Source of the DNA: Nitrosospira sp.
Lineage (GTDB): Bacteria; Pseudomonadota; Gammaproteobacteria; Burkholderiales; Nitrosomonadaceae
Length of the DNA stretch: 43,673 nucleotides
NCBI GenBank assembly: GCA_039928555.1
Contig: JBDSSX010000248.1
Span: forward strand, 1 to 43,673
Reading direction: 5' to 3'
A program made the translations under genes and the position numbers. The notes below the pieces were generated by a model. It did not search any database. It saw only the letters and a program-made list of their open reading frames with translations, and was not told the DNA's origin. Below, piece by piece: positions 35,294-43,673 of the stretch (the first letter of the stretch is position 1; each line of letters starts with the position of its first letter).

Positions 35294-36442
35294 ATGGCAT
35301 TTATTCTCCGCGGCAGGCTACTTATACTCATGGTGTCATTGCTATCAGCCTTGATTGGCTTTTGGTACTGGCAAACGAAACCCGACTCGAAGCAGGAACG
35401 CTACAAGACCCAGGCCGTCGACCGCGGCGATATCGTACAGAATATTTCCGCCAATGGCACCCTCAACCCGGTTGTGCTGGTCAATGTCGGCACCCAGGTA
35501 TCGGGCACGGTATACAGACTCTATGCGGACTTCAACGACCGGGTCGAGGAAGGGCAAATACTGGCTGAACTCGATCCAGCGCTGTTTCAAGCGCAGTTGC
35601 GCCAGTCGGAAGCCAACGTGGTAAATGGCCGAACCGCGCTGAAGCTCGCAAAAAACAAGATGACCCGTAACCGCGCCCTTGTGGAACAGGGCTTTATTTC
35701 TCCCGATGCACTGGATGCGGTCGAACAACAATTGGAAGCGGCCCGCGCTCAGCTTGCTGTAAGCGAGGCTCAGCTTGCGCGCGATCGTACCAATCTCAAT
35801 TACAGCGTAATCCGCTCACCTATTTCCGGCGTAGTCATCGCGCGCAACGTGGACATAGGCCAGACGGTGGCCGCCAGCTTCCAGACACCTACTTTGTTTC
35901 AGATCGCCAAAGATTTGCGCCAGATGCAGATCGACACCAGCGTCGCGGAGGCGGACATCGGCCAGCTTCATCTCGGCCAGGTGGTAAACTTTACTGTCGA
36001 TGCTTTCCAGGAGCGCGAGTTCACCGGCACGGTAAAACAGGTGCGTCTGAACCCCACCATTCAGCAAAATGTGGTGTCATATAATGTCATCGTCGCGGTA
36101 TCCAATGATGACGGGGTATTGCTGCCTGGCATGACCGCCAATGTGCGCTTCACCGTCAATCAGAAAAACGACGTGTTGCGGGTTCCCAACGCGGCGTTGC
36201 GTTATAAACCAGCCGAGACCGATTCGGATTCTGTGACGACAACTGTCAGGCAACCGGGGAAGCATGTGGTCTATCGACTGGAGGAAAGCAAGCCCATTCC
36301 CATCAGCGTCAAAACCGGCATTGCCGATAACAATTTTACTGAAATTCTGGAGGTAGAAATCAAGGAGGGCGATAAACTGATCATTCGTGACGTCGCCGAT
36401 AAGGATAAATCCGCCAGCAAACTCAAATTCAGAATGTTCTGA
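35294..36442 (+). CDS. MacA-like periplasmic adaptor subunit
   Basis: ISANGTLNP, VGTQVSG, IRSPISGVV, GQTVAASFQTPTLF, LLPGMTA. Confidence 0.92.
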   Translation: MAFILRGRLLILMVSLLSALIGFWYWQTKPDSKQERYKTQAVDRGDIVQNISANGTLNPVVLVNVGTQVSGTVYRLYADFNDRVEEGQILAELDPALFQAQLRQSEANVVNGRTALKLAKNKMTRNRALVEQGFISPDALDAVEQQLEAARAQLAVSEAQLARDRTNLNYSVIRSPISGVVIARNVDIGQTVAASFQTPTLFQIAKDLRQMQIDTSVAEADIGQLHLGQVVNFTVDAFQEREFTGTVKQVRLNPTIQQNVVSYNVIVAVSNDDGVLLPGMTANVRFTVNQKNDVLRVPNAALRYKPAETDSDSVTTTVRQPGKHVVYRLEESKPIPISVKTGIADNNFTEILEVEIKEGDKLIIRDVADKDKSASKLKFRMF

Positions 36443-37182
36443 TGATGCCGCCACAGCGCCCTGTTCCCGGCGAGCCGCTGATCAAGGTGGAGAATCTCTG
36501 CAAGACTTACAGCCTGGATAGCGGCATCAAAGGGAGCAGAGCGATCAATAGTCAGGTGCTGTTCGATGTAAATCTCGCTATTGATCGAGGTGAGTTCGTC
36601 GCTATCATGGGGCATTCCGGATCGGGCAAATCCACCCTGATGAATATACTTGGCTGTCTGGATACGCCTACCAGCGGGCACTATTGGCTCGATGGACGCG
36701 ATATCGCGTCACTTTCGGACGATGAACTCGCGCGTGTGCGTAATCGCAACATCGGTTTCGTATTTCAGGGATTCAATCTGTTGAAACGCATGACGGCGCT
36801 GGACAACGTGGCGGCCCCGCTGCTCTACGCCGGCGTGAGCCGCGCCGAGGGCCGTAAGCGTGCGCAGGAGCTGTTGGGCCAGACAGGCCTGGGAAAGTTT
36901 GCCACGTATCAGCCCACCCAGCTTTCGGGCGGACAGCAGCAACGCGTCGCCATCAGCCGCGCGCTGGTCAACAACCCGCAGCTGATACTTGCGGATGAGC
37001 CCACCGGCAATCTCGACACCCAAACCAGCCGTGAAATCATGGCGATTTTCGAGCAGCTTAATCGCGAACAGGGTATTACGATTGTGCTTGTCACGCACGA
37101 AGACGACATCGCCGCCTGCACCCGGCGGCTGGTTCGCTTACAGGACGGAAGAGTGGTGCATGATGGCGAGGCGCCCGCATGA
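36442..37182 (+). CDS. ABC ATP-binding protein (split MacB nucleotide-binding domain)
   Basis: GHSGSGKST, LSGGQQQRVAISRA, ADEPTGNLD, VTHE. Confidence 0.95.
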   Translation: MMPPQRPVPGEPLIKVENLCKTYSLDSGIKGSRAINSQVLFDVNLAIDRGEFVAIMGHSGSGKSTLMNILGCLDTPTSGHYWLDGRDIASLSDDELARVRNRNIGFVFQGFNLLKRMTALDNVAAPLLYAGVSRAEGRKRAQELLGQTGLGKFATYQPTQLSGGQQQRVAISRALVNNPQLILADEPTGNLDTQTSREIMAIFEQLNREQGITIVLVTHEDDIAACTRRLVRLQDGRVVHDGEAPA

Positions 37183-38402
37183 GCCTTCTTGCAATCATCG
37201 GTGAAGCGCTGCGGGCGCTGCGGCTCAACCGCCTGCGCACCGGCCTGACCATGCTTGGCATGATCATAGGCGTAGCGGCAGTGGTGCTGATGCTCGCGGT
37301 GGGTCAAGGCGCGCAGACCACGGTGAATCAGGCCATCAGCTCGATGGGCAGCAATCTGTTCATCGTCGTACCCGGCGCGACCTCTTCCGGTGCGCTGCGT
37401 TCCGGCGCCGGCAGCGTGCAAACCCTGACGATGGGCGATGCGCTAGCCATCGCCCATCTGCCTTCGATCAAGGCAACGGCGCCGCTCATCACCAGTACGG
37501 CGCAACTGAACTATGGCGCAAATAACTGGAGTACCTCTGTCACGGGCGTTACGCCGGATTATTTCAAGGTGCGTGACTGGCCTGCGGAAAGTGGCGCATT
37601 ATTTACCGAGACCGATTTGCGTTCCGCCACGCGGGTTGTCATTCTGGGCCAGATAACCGCCCAGAATCTTTTCGGCGATGAAGACCCAACCGGAAAGACG
37701 GTGCGCATCAAGAACAGCCCTTTTCTAGTCGCGGGCGTCCTCGCCCCCAAGGGGCAAAGTCTGGACGGACGCGACCAGGACGACGCCGTATTTATCCCCA
37801 TCACAACCGGGCAGCGCCAGATTTTTGGCAACCAGTTTCCCGGAACAATACGTTTTCTGATGGTGCAAGGCCGGTCGGCCGAAGTGATGGATGAAGCTGA
37901 AACCGAAATCAACCAGTTGTTGCGCCAGCGCCATCGTATTACGGAAGGCACGGAAAACGATTTCACCGTGCGTAACATGGCGGCTCTTGCCGCCGTGGCA
38001 ACCGGTGCGGCCAAGGTAATGTCCATTATGCTGGGCTCCATCGCTTCCATATCGTTGCTGGTGGGCGGCATTGGCATCATGAATATCATGCTGGTGTCGG
38101 TAACCGAGCGCACCCGCGAGATCGGCATTCGCATGGCCATCGGCGCCAACCGCCGCGCCATCCTCATGCAATTTCTGCTGGAAGCGCTGGTCATATGCAT
38201 CCTGGGCGGTCTCGCAGGGGTTGCCATCGGCATTGGCGGTGCCTGGGCCGTGAGCCGGGCGACGGATATGGTGGTGGTGATCACGTTCGGCATGGTCGCT
38301 CTGGCATTCGCCTTTGCCTCAGCGGTAGGAATATTTTTCGGGTTTTATCCGGCTAGAAAGGCGGCGGCTTTGAAGCCGGTGGAAGCGCTGCGGTATGAAT
38401 AA
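37179..38402 (+). CDS. MacB-type ABC permease (split MacB transmembrane domain)
   Basis: NRLRTGLTMLGMIIGV, GGIGIMNIMLVSVTERTREIGIRMAIGA, PARKAAALKPVEALRYE. Confidence 0.95.
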   Translation: MSLLAIIGEALRALRLNRLRTGLTMLGMIIGVAAVVLMLAVGQGAQTTVNQAISSMGSNLFIVVPGATSSGALRSGAGSVQTLTMGDALAIAHLPSIKATAPLITSTAQLNYGANNWSTSVTGVTPDYFKVRDWPAESGALFTETDLRSATRVVILGQITAQNLFGDEDPTGKTVRIKNSPFLVAGVLAPKGQSLDGRDQDDAVFIPITTGQRQIFGNQFPGTIRFLMVQGRSAEVMDEAETEINQLLRQRHRITEGTENDFTVRNMAALAAVATGAAKVMSIMLGSIASISLLVGGIGIMNIMLVSVTERTREIGIRMAIGANRRAILMQFLLEALVICILGGLAGVAIGIGGAWAVSRATDMVVVITFGMVALAFAFASAVGIFFGFYPARKAAALKPVEALRYE

Positions 38403-38488
38403 TCCATAGAGGCGGAAGATCTGTGAAATTCGAATCCCCGCCCCTTCTCATCTAAATAAACACCCGATAAGCGCTCTTTACGTATCCC

Positions 38489-38536
38489 ACGGAGTGTAGT
38501 GTGTAGCTTGACACGATACACTCCGTTTGGTAGCAT
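38489..38536 (+). promoter_or_regulatory. higBA promoter with inverted-repeat operator
   Basis: TTGACA (38508-38513), 17 bp, TAGCAT (38531-38536). Perfect 10-bp inverted repeat ACGGAGTGTA (38489-38498) / TACACTCCGT (38517-38526) straddles the -35 box. Confidence 0.75.
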
Positions 38537-38541
38537 TAAAT

Positions 38542-38832
38542 ATGAAGATCAAGAACGTCATTCATAAGGGATTGCGCCGATTTATCGAAGATGACGACGC
38601 TTCCGGTCTTCAACCGGCGGTCGTGCCGAAGGTCCGCAAGATCGTCTCATTCCTCCAGGATATGGAGACAGAGGACGAGCTGCGGACAGTGCCAAGCTGG
38701 AAGGCCCATCAGCTTACCGGGGACCGGAAAGGCACCTGGAGCCTCTTCGTGACGAAAAATTGGCGCGTGACGTTCCGCATCGAACAAACCGGGATTGAGA
38801 TCATCAATCTCGATTATGAAGACTACCACTAA
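38542..38832 (+). CDS. higB: HigB-like (RelE/ParE superfamily) toxin
   Basis: MKIKNVIHKGLRRF, HQLTGDRKGTWSLFVTKNWRVTF, DYEDYH C-terminus. Toxin-first gene order. Start at ATG 38542. Confidence 0.9.
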   Translation: MKIKNVIHKGLRRFIEDDDASGLQPAVVPKVRKIVSFLQDMETEDELRTVPSWKAHQLTGDRKGTWSLFVTKNWRVTFRIEQTGIEIINLDYEDYH

Positions 38833-38843
38833 GGAGGTGGATC

Positions 38844-39176
38844 ATGAACGCAATACAGGGAATCCGCATGAAGAGTCCAGCCCATCCCGGTGGGTTCGTA
38901 AAAACGGAGATCATCGAGCCTCTTGGGCTTTCGGTAACTCGTGCGGCACAGGCGTTAGGGGTGACGCGTCCCGCACTGTCCGCTTTCCTCAACGAGCGCG
39001 CCTCGCTGTCGTCGGAAATGGCGCTTCGCCTGGAAAAGGCCTTTGGTGTTTCGATGGACACGCTCATGCGGATGCAGAACAGTTTTGAGATAGCTCAAGC
39101 CCGCAAGCGAGAGGGGGAGATCAAGGTGTCGCCCTTCCATGCGAAGCCGGGGAACCCGTCGCACTCACAAATCTAA
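38844..39176 (+). CDS. higA: HigA-family antitoxin (HTH-XRE)
   Basis: PAHPG, HTH SVTRAAQALGVTRPALS, SSEMALRLEKAFG. Strong RBS AAGGAGG. Confidence 0.92.
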   Translation: MNAIQGIRMKSPAHPGGFVKTEIIEPLGLSVTRAAQALGVTRPALSAFLNERASLSSEMALRLEKAFGVSMDTLMRMQNSFEIAQARKREGEIKVSPFHAKPGNPSHSQI

Positions 39177-39220
39177 ACCATCACCGCAGCCCTGCGACAG
39201 ACTATTGAGGGGAAGCTAGA

Positions 39221-39577
39221 GTGAAACATGAGCTAAAAATAAAGAGGGTATATGAAGAGCCAGTGGCAAATGATGGTCGGCGAATTCTTGTGGACAGGCT
39301 CTGGCCGAGAGGTTTGACAAAAGAAAAAGCAAAGGTCGATCTGTGGCTGAAAGATATCGCGCCCAGTACAGAGCTTCGGAAATGGTTCGGACACGATCCC
39401 GAGAAGTGGCGAAACTTCCGCGAGCGCTATCAAACCGAGCTCGAGCATCACGCCGATCAACTCATGCTGATAAGCAACGAGATCGAAGGTGGAACGGTCA
39501 CTCTGGTCTATGGGGCTCGCGATCAGGCCCACAATGAAGCGGTTGTCCTAAAGCAATTTCTGGAAAGAAAGCCTTAG
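39221..39577 (+). CDS. DUF488 / YeaO family protein
   Basis: [45 protein letters not shown]. Confidence 0.9.
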   Translation: MKHELKIKRVYEEPVANDGRRILVDRLWPRGLTKEKAKVDLWLKDIAPSTELRKWFGHDPEKWRNFRERYQTELEHHADQLMLISNEIEGGTVTLVYGARDQAHNEAVVLKQFLERKP

Positions 39578-39692
39578 ACATCCCATCTATTTCCGATAAA
39601 AAGCCTCGTGAGCTCCTTATTGGCTGATATTGCCATCCCGCCAAAAATGTAAGATCAGCTTAAAGGGGCTCGCCTTCTTCTCGTAAGAATAA

Positions 39693-41537
39693 CTACTCCA
39701 CCGTCACCGATTTTGCTAAATTCCGAGGCTTATCAACATCAGTACCTTTTTGCAGCGCAACATGATAAGCAAGCAATTGCAGCGGGATGGTATGAAGAAT
39801 GGGACTAAGCGACCCCGCGTGCTCCGCCAGGCGGATGACATGAACACCTTCGCTTTCCTGAATGTGAGAATCGGCATCGGCGAAAACGTAGAGTTCGCCA
39901 CCGCGTGCACGGACTTCCTGCAAGTTGGATTTGAGTTTTTCCAGCAATGCGTCGTTGGGTGCAATCGCGACCACCGGCATGTCCTTATCGACCAGCGCGA
40001 GCGGGCCATGCTTCAATTCCCCCGCGGCGTAAGCTTCGGCGTGGATGTAGGAAATTTCCTTGAGTTTGAGCGCACCTTCCATGGCAATGGGGTAATGCAT
40101 GCCGCGCCCGAGGAATAAAGCGTGGTTTTTTTGTGCAAATCTTTCGGCCCAAACCTTGACTTGGGGCTCCACTTGCAGCGCGTGCTGTAGTGCGACCGGC
40201 AAGTGCCGTAGCGCAGCGATCATCTCACGTTCATCCTCGCCGGATAATTTGCCGCGCAGTTTCGCTAACGTCATGGTAAGCAGCATCAGCGCCGCTAACT
40301 GAGTGGTGAAAGCTTTAGTAGAGGCTACTCCGATTTCCGGTCCGGCACGGGTGAGGAAGCGCAGGTCGGCCTGTCGCACCAGAGCGCTTTCGGCCACGTT
40401 GCAGATGGCCAGACTGTAGCGATGTCCCAATGACCTGGCATAGCCGAGCGCAGCCAGGGTATCCGCTGTTTCTCCGGATTGAGATATTCCCACCACCAGC
40501 GTGTTGGGGCCGACTGCCGGGTTACGGTAACGGTATTCGCTGGCGATCTCGACATTGCATGTCAGCCCCGCCAGCGTTTCCAGCCAGTAGCGGGCGACCA
40601 GTCCGGCATGGTAGCTGGTACCGCAGGCAAGTATCAGAATGCTGTCTGTATTCCTGAAGATATGGTCCGCTTCGCTTCCAAACAGTCTTGGAGAGATAGA
40701 CTGGGCATTGAGCACCATTTCCAGCGTATTCGCCACGACCCCCGGCTGTTCGAATATCTCCTTCTGCATGAAATGGGCATAGGGTCCCATATCCACCGCT
40801 TCATTGGTCAATTCGCTTTCGTGCACGGGACGCACTACTTCCTTGCGCGCACCGTCATGAAGACTGACAATCCGGTAGCTGTCGCGGCGCAGTTCGGCCA
40901 CATCGCCTTCTTCCAGATAAATCATTTGCTTCGTCACCTGCAACAAGGCGGATGCGTCGGAGGCGGCGTAGTTGCCGGATTCGCTCAATCCCAATAGCAG
41001 CGGCGCACCGTTTCGGGAAACGACAATCCGTTCCGGATTCGCTTCTTCCATGACAGCGATGGCGTATGCCCCTTGCAATTCACCTACCGACTGGCACACT
41101 GCCTCGAACAGGTCGGAGGTTTCTTTCAGCTTCAAGGTGATGAGATGGGCGATAACCTCGGTGTCGGTGTCGGAAATGAACTGGTATCCAGCATCTTGCA
41201 AACGCTGACGCAGTTGTTCATGATTTTCGATGATGCCATTGTGCACGACCGCTACTTTCGAAACTTCGCCGGAAAAATGCGGGTGGGCGTTGCGCTCTGA
41301 AGGTGCGCCGTGCGTCGCCCAGCGGGTGTGGGCGATGCCGACCTCGCCATGAAAATCCTGCTCGTCCGCAAGCTTGCTGAGTTCGGCAACCCGCCCGGTG
41401 GTACGTAATCGATGCAACCCGCCATTCATCAGTGCAATTCCCGCGGAATCATAACCCCGGTATTCGAGACGGCGCAAACCTTCCAGTAGAGCCGGGACAA
41501 TGTTATTTCTCGCTACCGCACCGACTATTCCGCACAT
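39693..41537 (-). CDS. glmS: Glutamine--fructose-6-phosphate aminotransferase
   Basis: [33 protein letters not shown]-terminal [11 protein letters not shown]. Confidence 0.98.
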   Translation of the reverse strand: MCGIVGAVARNNIVPALLEGLRRLEYRGYDSAGIALMNGGLHRLRTTGRVAELSKLADEQDFHGEVGIAHTRWATHGAPSERNAHPHFSGEVSKVAVVHNGIIENHEQLRQRLQDAGYQFISDTDTEVIAHLITLKLKETSDLFEAVCQSVGELQGAYAIAVMEEANPERIVVSRNGAPLLLGLSESGNYAASDASALLQVTKQMIYLEEGDVAELRRDSYRIVSLHDGARKEVVRPVHESELTNEAVDMGPYAHFMQKEIFEQPGVVANTLEMVLNAQSISPRLFGSEADHIFRNTDSILILACGTSYHAGLVARYWLETLAGLTCNVEIASEYRYRNPAVGPNTLVVGISQSGETADTLAALGYARSLGHRYSLAICNVAESALVRQADLRFLTRAGPEIGVASTKAFTTQLAALMLLTMTLAKLRGKLSGEDEREMIAALRHLPVALQHALQVEPQVKVWAERFAQKNHALFLGRGMHYPIAMEGALKLKEISYIHAEAYAAGELKHGPLALVDKDMPVVAIAPNDALLEKLKSNLQEVRARGGELYVFADADSHIQESEGVHVIRLAEHAGSLSPILHTIPLQLLAYHVALQKGTDVDKPRNLAKSVTVE

Positions 41538-41604
41538 TGATGGATTTCCTCTCTGTTTCGTTCCGGGGAATTACAAGGCTGAGAAAGTTTTGCCGTTTCA
41601 CATT

Positions 41605-42987
41605 TCATTTCTCGCCCTTCGATTTCTTAACAGGCCGCTTCCATCCATCAACGCTCATTTGTTTGGCGCGTGACAGCGTCAGTGTCTCTGGCGGCGTGTC
41701 TTTAGTGATGGTCGAACCTGCGCCGATGGTGGAGCCTTGCGCCACTCTCACGGGCGCGACCAGTTGCGTATCGGAGCCGACAAAAACGTCGTCCTCAATG
41801 ATAGTCTGATATTTGTTGGCGCCATCGTAGTTGCAGGTGATCGTCCCGGCACCGATGTTGACATTCTTACCCACCACAGCGTCGCCAATATAACTCAGGT
41901 GATTCGCCTTGCTGCCGGCGGCAATGGTACTATTTTTGACCTCGACAAAATTGCCGATATGCACTTCGCTGGCAAGCCGGGTTCCCGGACGGATACGGGC
42001 ATAAGGACCAATACGGCAATTCTTTCCGATTTCGGCGGATTCTATGAAGCTGAAGGGTGCGATCGCCGCCCCCGCTGCAACCTTGACATTTTTCAGAATA
42101 CTGTGGGCGCCTACTTTCACGCCATCGGCCAGCTGCACATGGCCTTCAAAAATGCAATTGATGTCTATCTCCACATCCCTGCCGCAGTCGAGTTGACCGC
42201 GAATATCAATGCGAGCCATATCGGCCAGGGTCACACCCTGATGCAGTAATTTTTTTGCGTACTCATTCTGGTAGATACGCTCAAGCGCCGCCAGTTGCGT
42301 CTTGCTATTAATGCCGGTCGTTTCCCAATCGTGCGCTGGCTGGGCAGCTTGCACCTTGACGCCATCCTTGACCGCCATCGCCACAATGTCGGTCAGGTAG
42401 TACTCCTTTTGCGCATTCTTGTTTTCCAGCTTATGCAGCCAGCCGTGGAGATACGGATTGGGAATCACCATGATGCCGGTATTGATCTCGCGGATTTGCC
42501 GCTGGGATTTGCTGGCGTCCTTCTCTTCGACGATGGCGACGATTCCGCCCGCTTCGTCATCCCGCACGATCCTGCCGTAGCCAGCTGGATCAGCCAGCTC
42601 TATCGTCAGCAGGGCGAAACCTTTTGCCTGCGCGGTTGCAATCAATTTTCTCAGGGTTTCGATGCTGGTCAGCGGCACATCGCCGTACAACACGAGTGTC
42701 ATGCCGGTGTTGTCCAGGTGCGGCAGCGCTTGCATCAGCGCATGGCCGGTACCCAGTTGCGGCGCCTGTTGCACCCAGATAAGGCTCTCATCGCCAATCG
42801 CTTGAGGCACAGCCTCGCCGCCATGTCCGTAGACCACACAAATGCTCTGTGGCAACAATGAGCGGGCGGTATCAAGCACGTGGCCGAGCAAGGGTTTTCC
42901 TGCCAGCGGATGTAAAACCTTGGGCAGCGCCGAGTGCATGCGCTTGCCCAGACCGGCAGCGAGAATGACAATATTCAGTGTAGACAT
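41605..42987 (-). CDS. glmU: Bifunctional UDP-GlcNAc pyrophosphorylase / GlcN-1-P acetyltransferase
   Basis: [24 protein letters not shown], hexapeptide repeats, CNYDG. Start at ATG 42987. Confidence 0.97.
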   Translation of the reverse strand: MSTLNIVILAAGLGKRMHSALPKVLHPLAGKPLLGHVLDTARSLLPQSICVVYGHGGEAVPQAIGDESLIWVQQAPQLGTGHALMQALPHLDNTGMTLVLYGDVPLTSIETLRKLIATAQAKGFALLTIELADPAGYGRIVRDDEAGGIVAIVEEKDASKSQRQIREINTGIMVIPNPYLHGWLHKLENKNAQKEYYLTDIVAMAVKDGVKVQAAQPAHDWETTGINSKTQLAALERIYQNEYAKKLLHQGVTLADMARIDIRGQLDCGRDVEIDINCIFEGHVQLADGVKVGAHSILKNVKVAAGAAIAPFSFIESAEIGKNCRIGPYARIRPGTRLASEVHIGNFVEVKNSTIAAGSKANHLSYIGDAVVGKNVNIGAGTITCNYDGANKYQTIIEDDVFVGSDTQLVAPVRVAQGSTIGAGSTITKDTPPETLTLSRAKQMSVDGWKRPVKKSKGEK

Positions 42988-43077
42988 CAATGAAGAACTG
43001 GTAAGGAATCCCGGCTGTCGGCGGCAAGCGTTACTATTTTTGCGTATGGGCCGCACGCAGCCGACAGGAAGAGGATA

Positions 43078-43194
43078 TTACGCTAATCCGGTGGTTGACC
43101 GCTCATTCAATAGATCAGTGTTATGATTAATAACTATATTTCGTATTATTTGACGCTCACCGTCCGGGTGAGGCTGCTACGGGATTCAGGATTA
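43078..43194 (-). mobile_element. ERIC-like MITE, copy 3 (short form, both TIRs, no palindromic module)
   Basis: Plus strand TTACGCTAATCCGGTGGTTGACCGCT...TTATGATT...TATTTGACGCTCACC...GGTGAGGCTGCTACGGGATTCAGGATTA is collinear with the reverse complement of 9125-9230 joined to 8988-9000. Confidence 0.75.
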
Positions 43195-43443
43195 CTGATG
43201 ATTACTAACGCTTCAGTCCTGGAAAAGATGACGCTAATTTATCACATTGCACGCTCAAAATCCAAGTGCGGTGTCTTTTGCGTGAATGCACGTTAATTCC
43301 GCGAAGCTTTCCGTGGCCGGGATACGGCATTGGCGGGACCTGATCGCAGCCACTTTTGACGGGATTTCAATATGCGGCGGTTCTATTTCACTACCGTGTC
43401 AGCAGCCCGGCTTTTTCAGACGTTTGGGCTTGCTCGCACGAAT

Positions 43444-43468
43444 AAAAAAGGCGGCTATCGCCGCCTTT
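43444..43468 (-). terminator. Rho-independent terminator of the atp operon
   Basis: AAAGGCGGC-TATC-GCCGCCTTT stem-loop with a U-run on the minus strand, ~22 bp after the atpC stop. Confidence 0.8.
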
Positions 43469-43490
43469 ACCGGAACCCGCGCACCGTGGG

Positions 43491-43673
43491 TCAATGCTTG
43501 CGTTTTCTCAGTTTCTGAATTGCCGCCAATTGCGCTATCGCTTCGCCTAGTTCAGCCTGCGCTCTCGCATAATCTATCGCGGAGGAACGGTCCTTCATGG
43601 CCTCTTCCGCTTGCTTCTTGGCTTCGATTGCTTTTGTCTCGTCGAGATTAGCCCCACGCACAGCGGTGTCGGC
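43491..43673 (-). CDS. atpC: F0F1 ATP synthase epsilon subunit (3' part; gene starts outside the window)
   Basis: Manual translation [60 protein letters not shown]. Conserved atpC-glmU-glmS order. Confidence 0.95.
   Translation of the reverse strand, partial: ADTAVRGANLDETKAIEAKKQAEEAMKDRSSAIDYARAQAELGEAIAQLAAIQKLRKRKH

Noticed and set aside
39578-39692. Tn7-like transposon end at attTn7
   Set aside because: No TGT...ACA terminus, repeated TnsB sites or 5-bp duplication visible near the expected insertion point, and no tns genes.
43286-43651. 121-aa plus-strand ORF
   Set aside because: Antisense to atpC and spans its terminator.

Overview
Chromosomal window from a betaproteobacterium, most likely Nitrosospira or another Nitrosomonadaceae member (inferred from gene order and protein style, not verified). 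In order it holds: (1) a zinc-uptake locus on the minus strand, made of a Fur/Zur-family regulator, a small DUF2946/CruR-like membrane protein (HxxxH, CxxC, C-terminal RAPP ribosome-arrest motif) and the 5' part of a ZnuD-like TonB-dependent receptor, with two matching GCAAC-N3-GTTGC operators; (2) a 710-aa VanZ-like membrane protein; (3) a ~17-kb exosortase A/PEP-CTERM-associated exopolysaccharide cluster with an accessory deacetylase plus 2xGNAT tail; (4) a queG pseudogene that the ORF track does not show as one gene, whose centre is replaced by a truncated MITE, followed by tsaE-amiC; (5) two MacAB-type (type VII) ABC systems, a Nudix hydrolase, DUF482, nadE-glnB and a bepA-like protease with a 198-bp internal tandem duplication; (6) a higBA + DUF488 islet next to the glmS 3' end; (7) glmS, glmU and the 3' end of atpC. 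The most interesting observations are the candidate zinc-sensing arrest-peptide system and a modular ERIC-like MITE family present in three structural states (long, truncated inside queG, and short). I saw no rRNA, tRNA, CRISPR array or transposase gene. All calls come from reading the sequence; no database searches were run.
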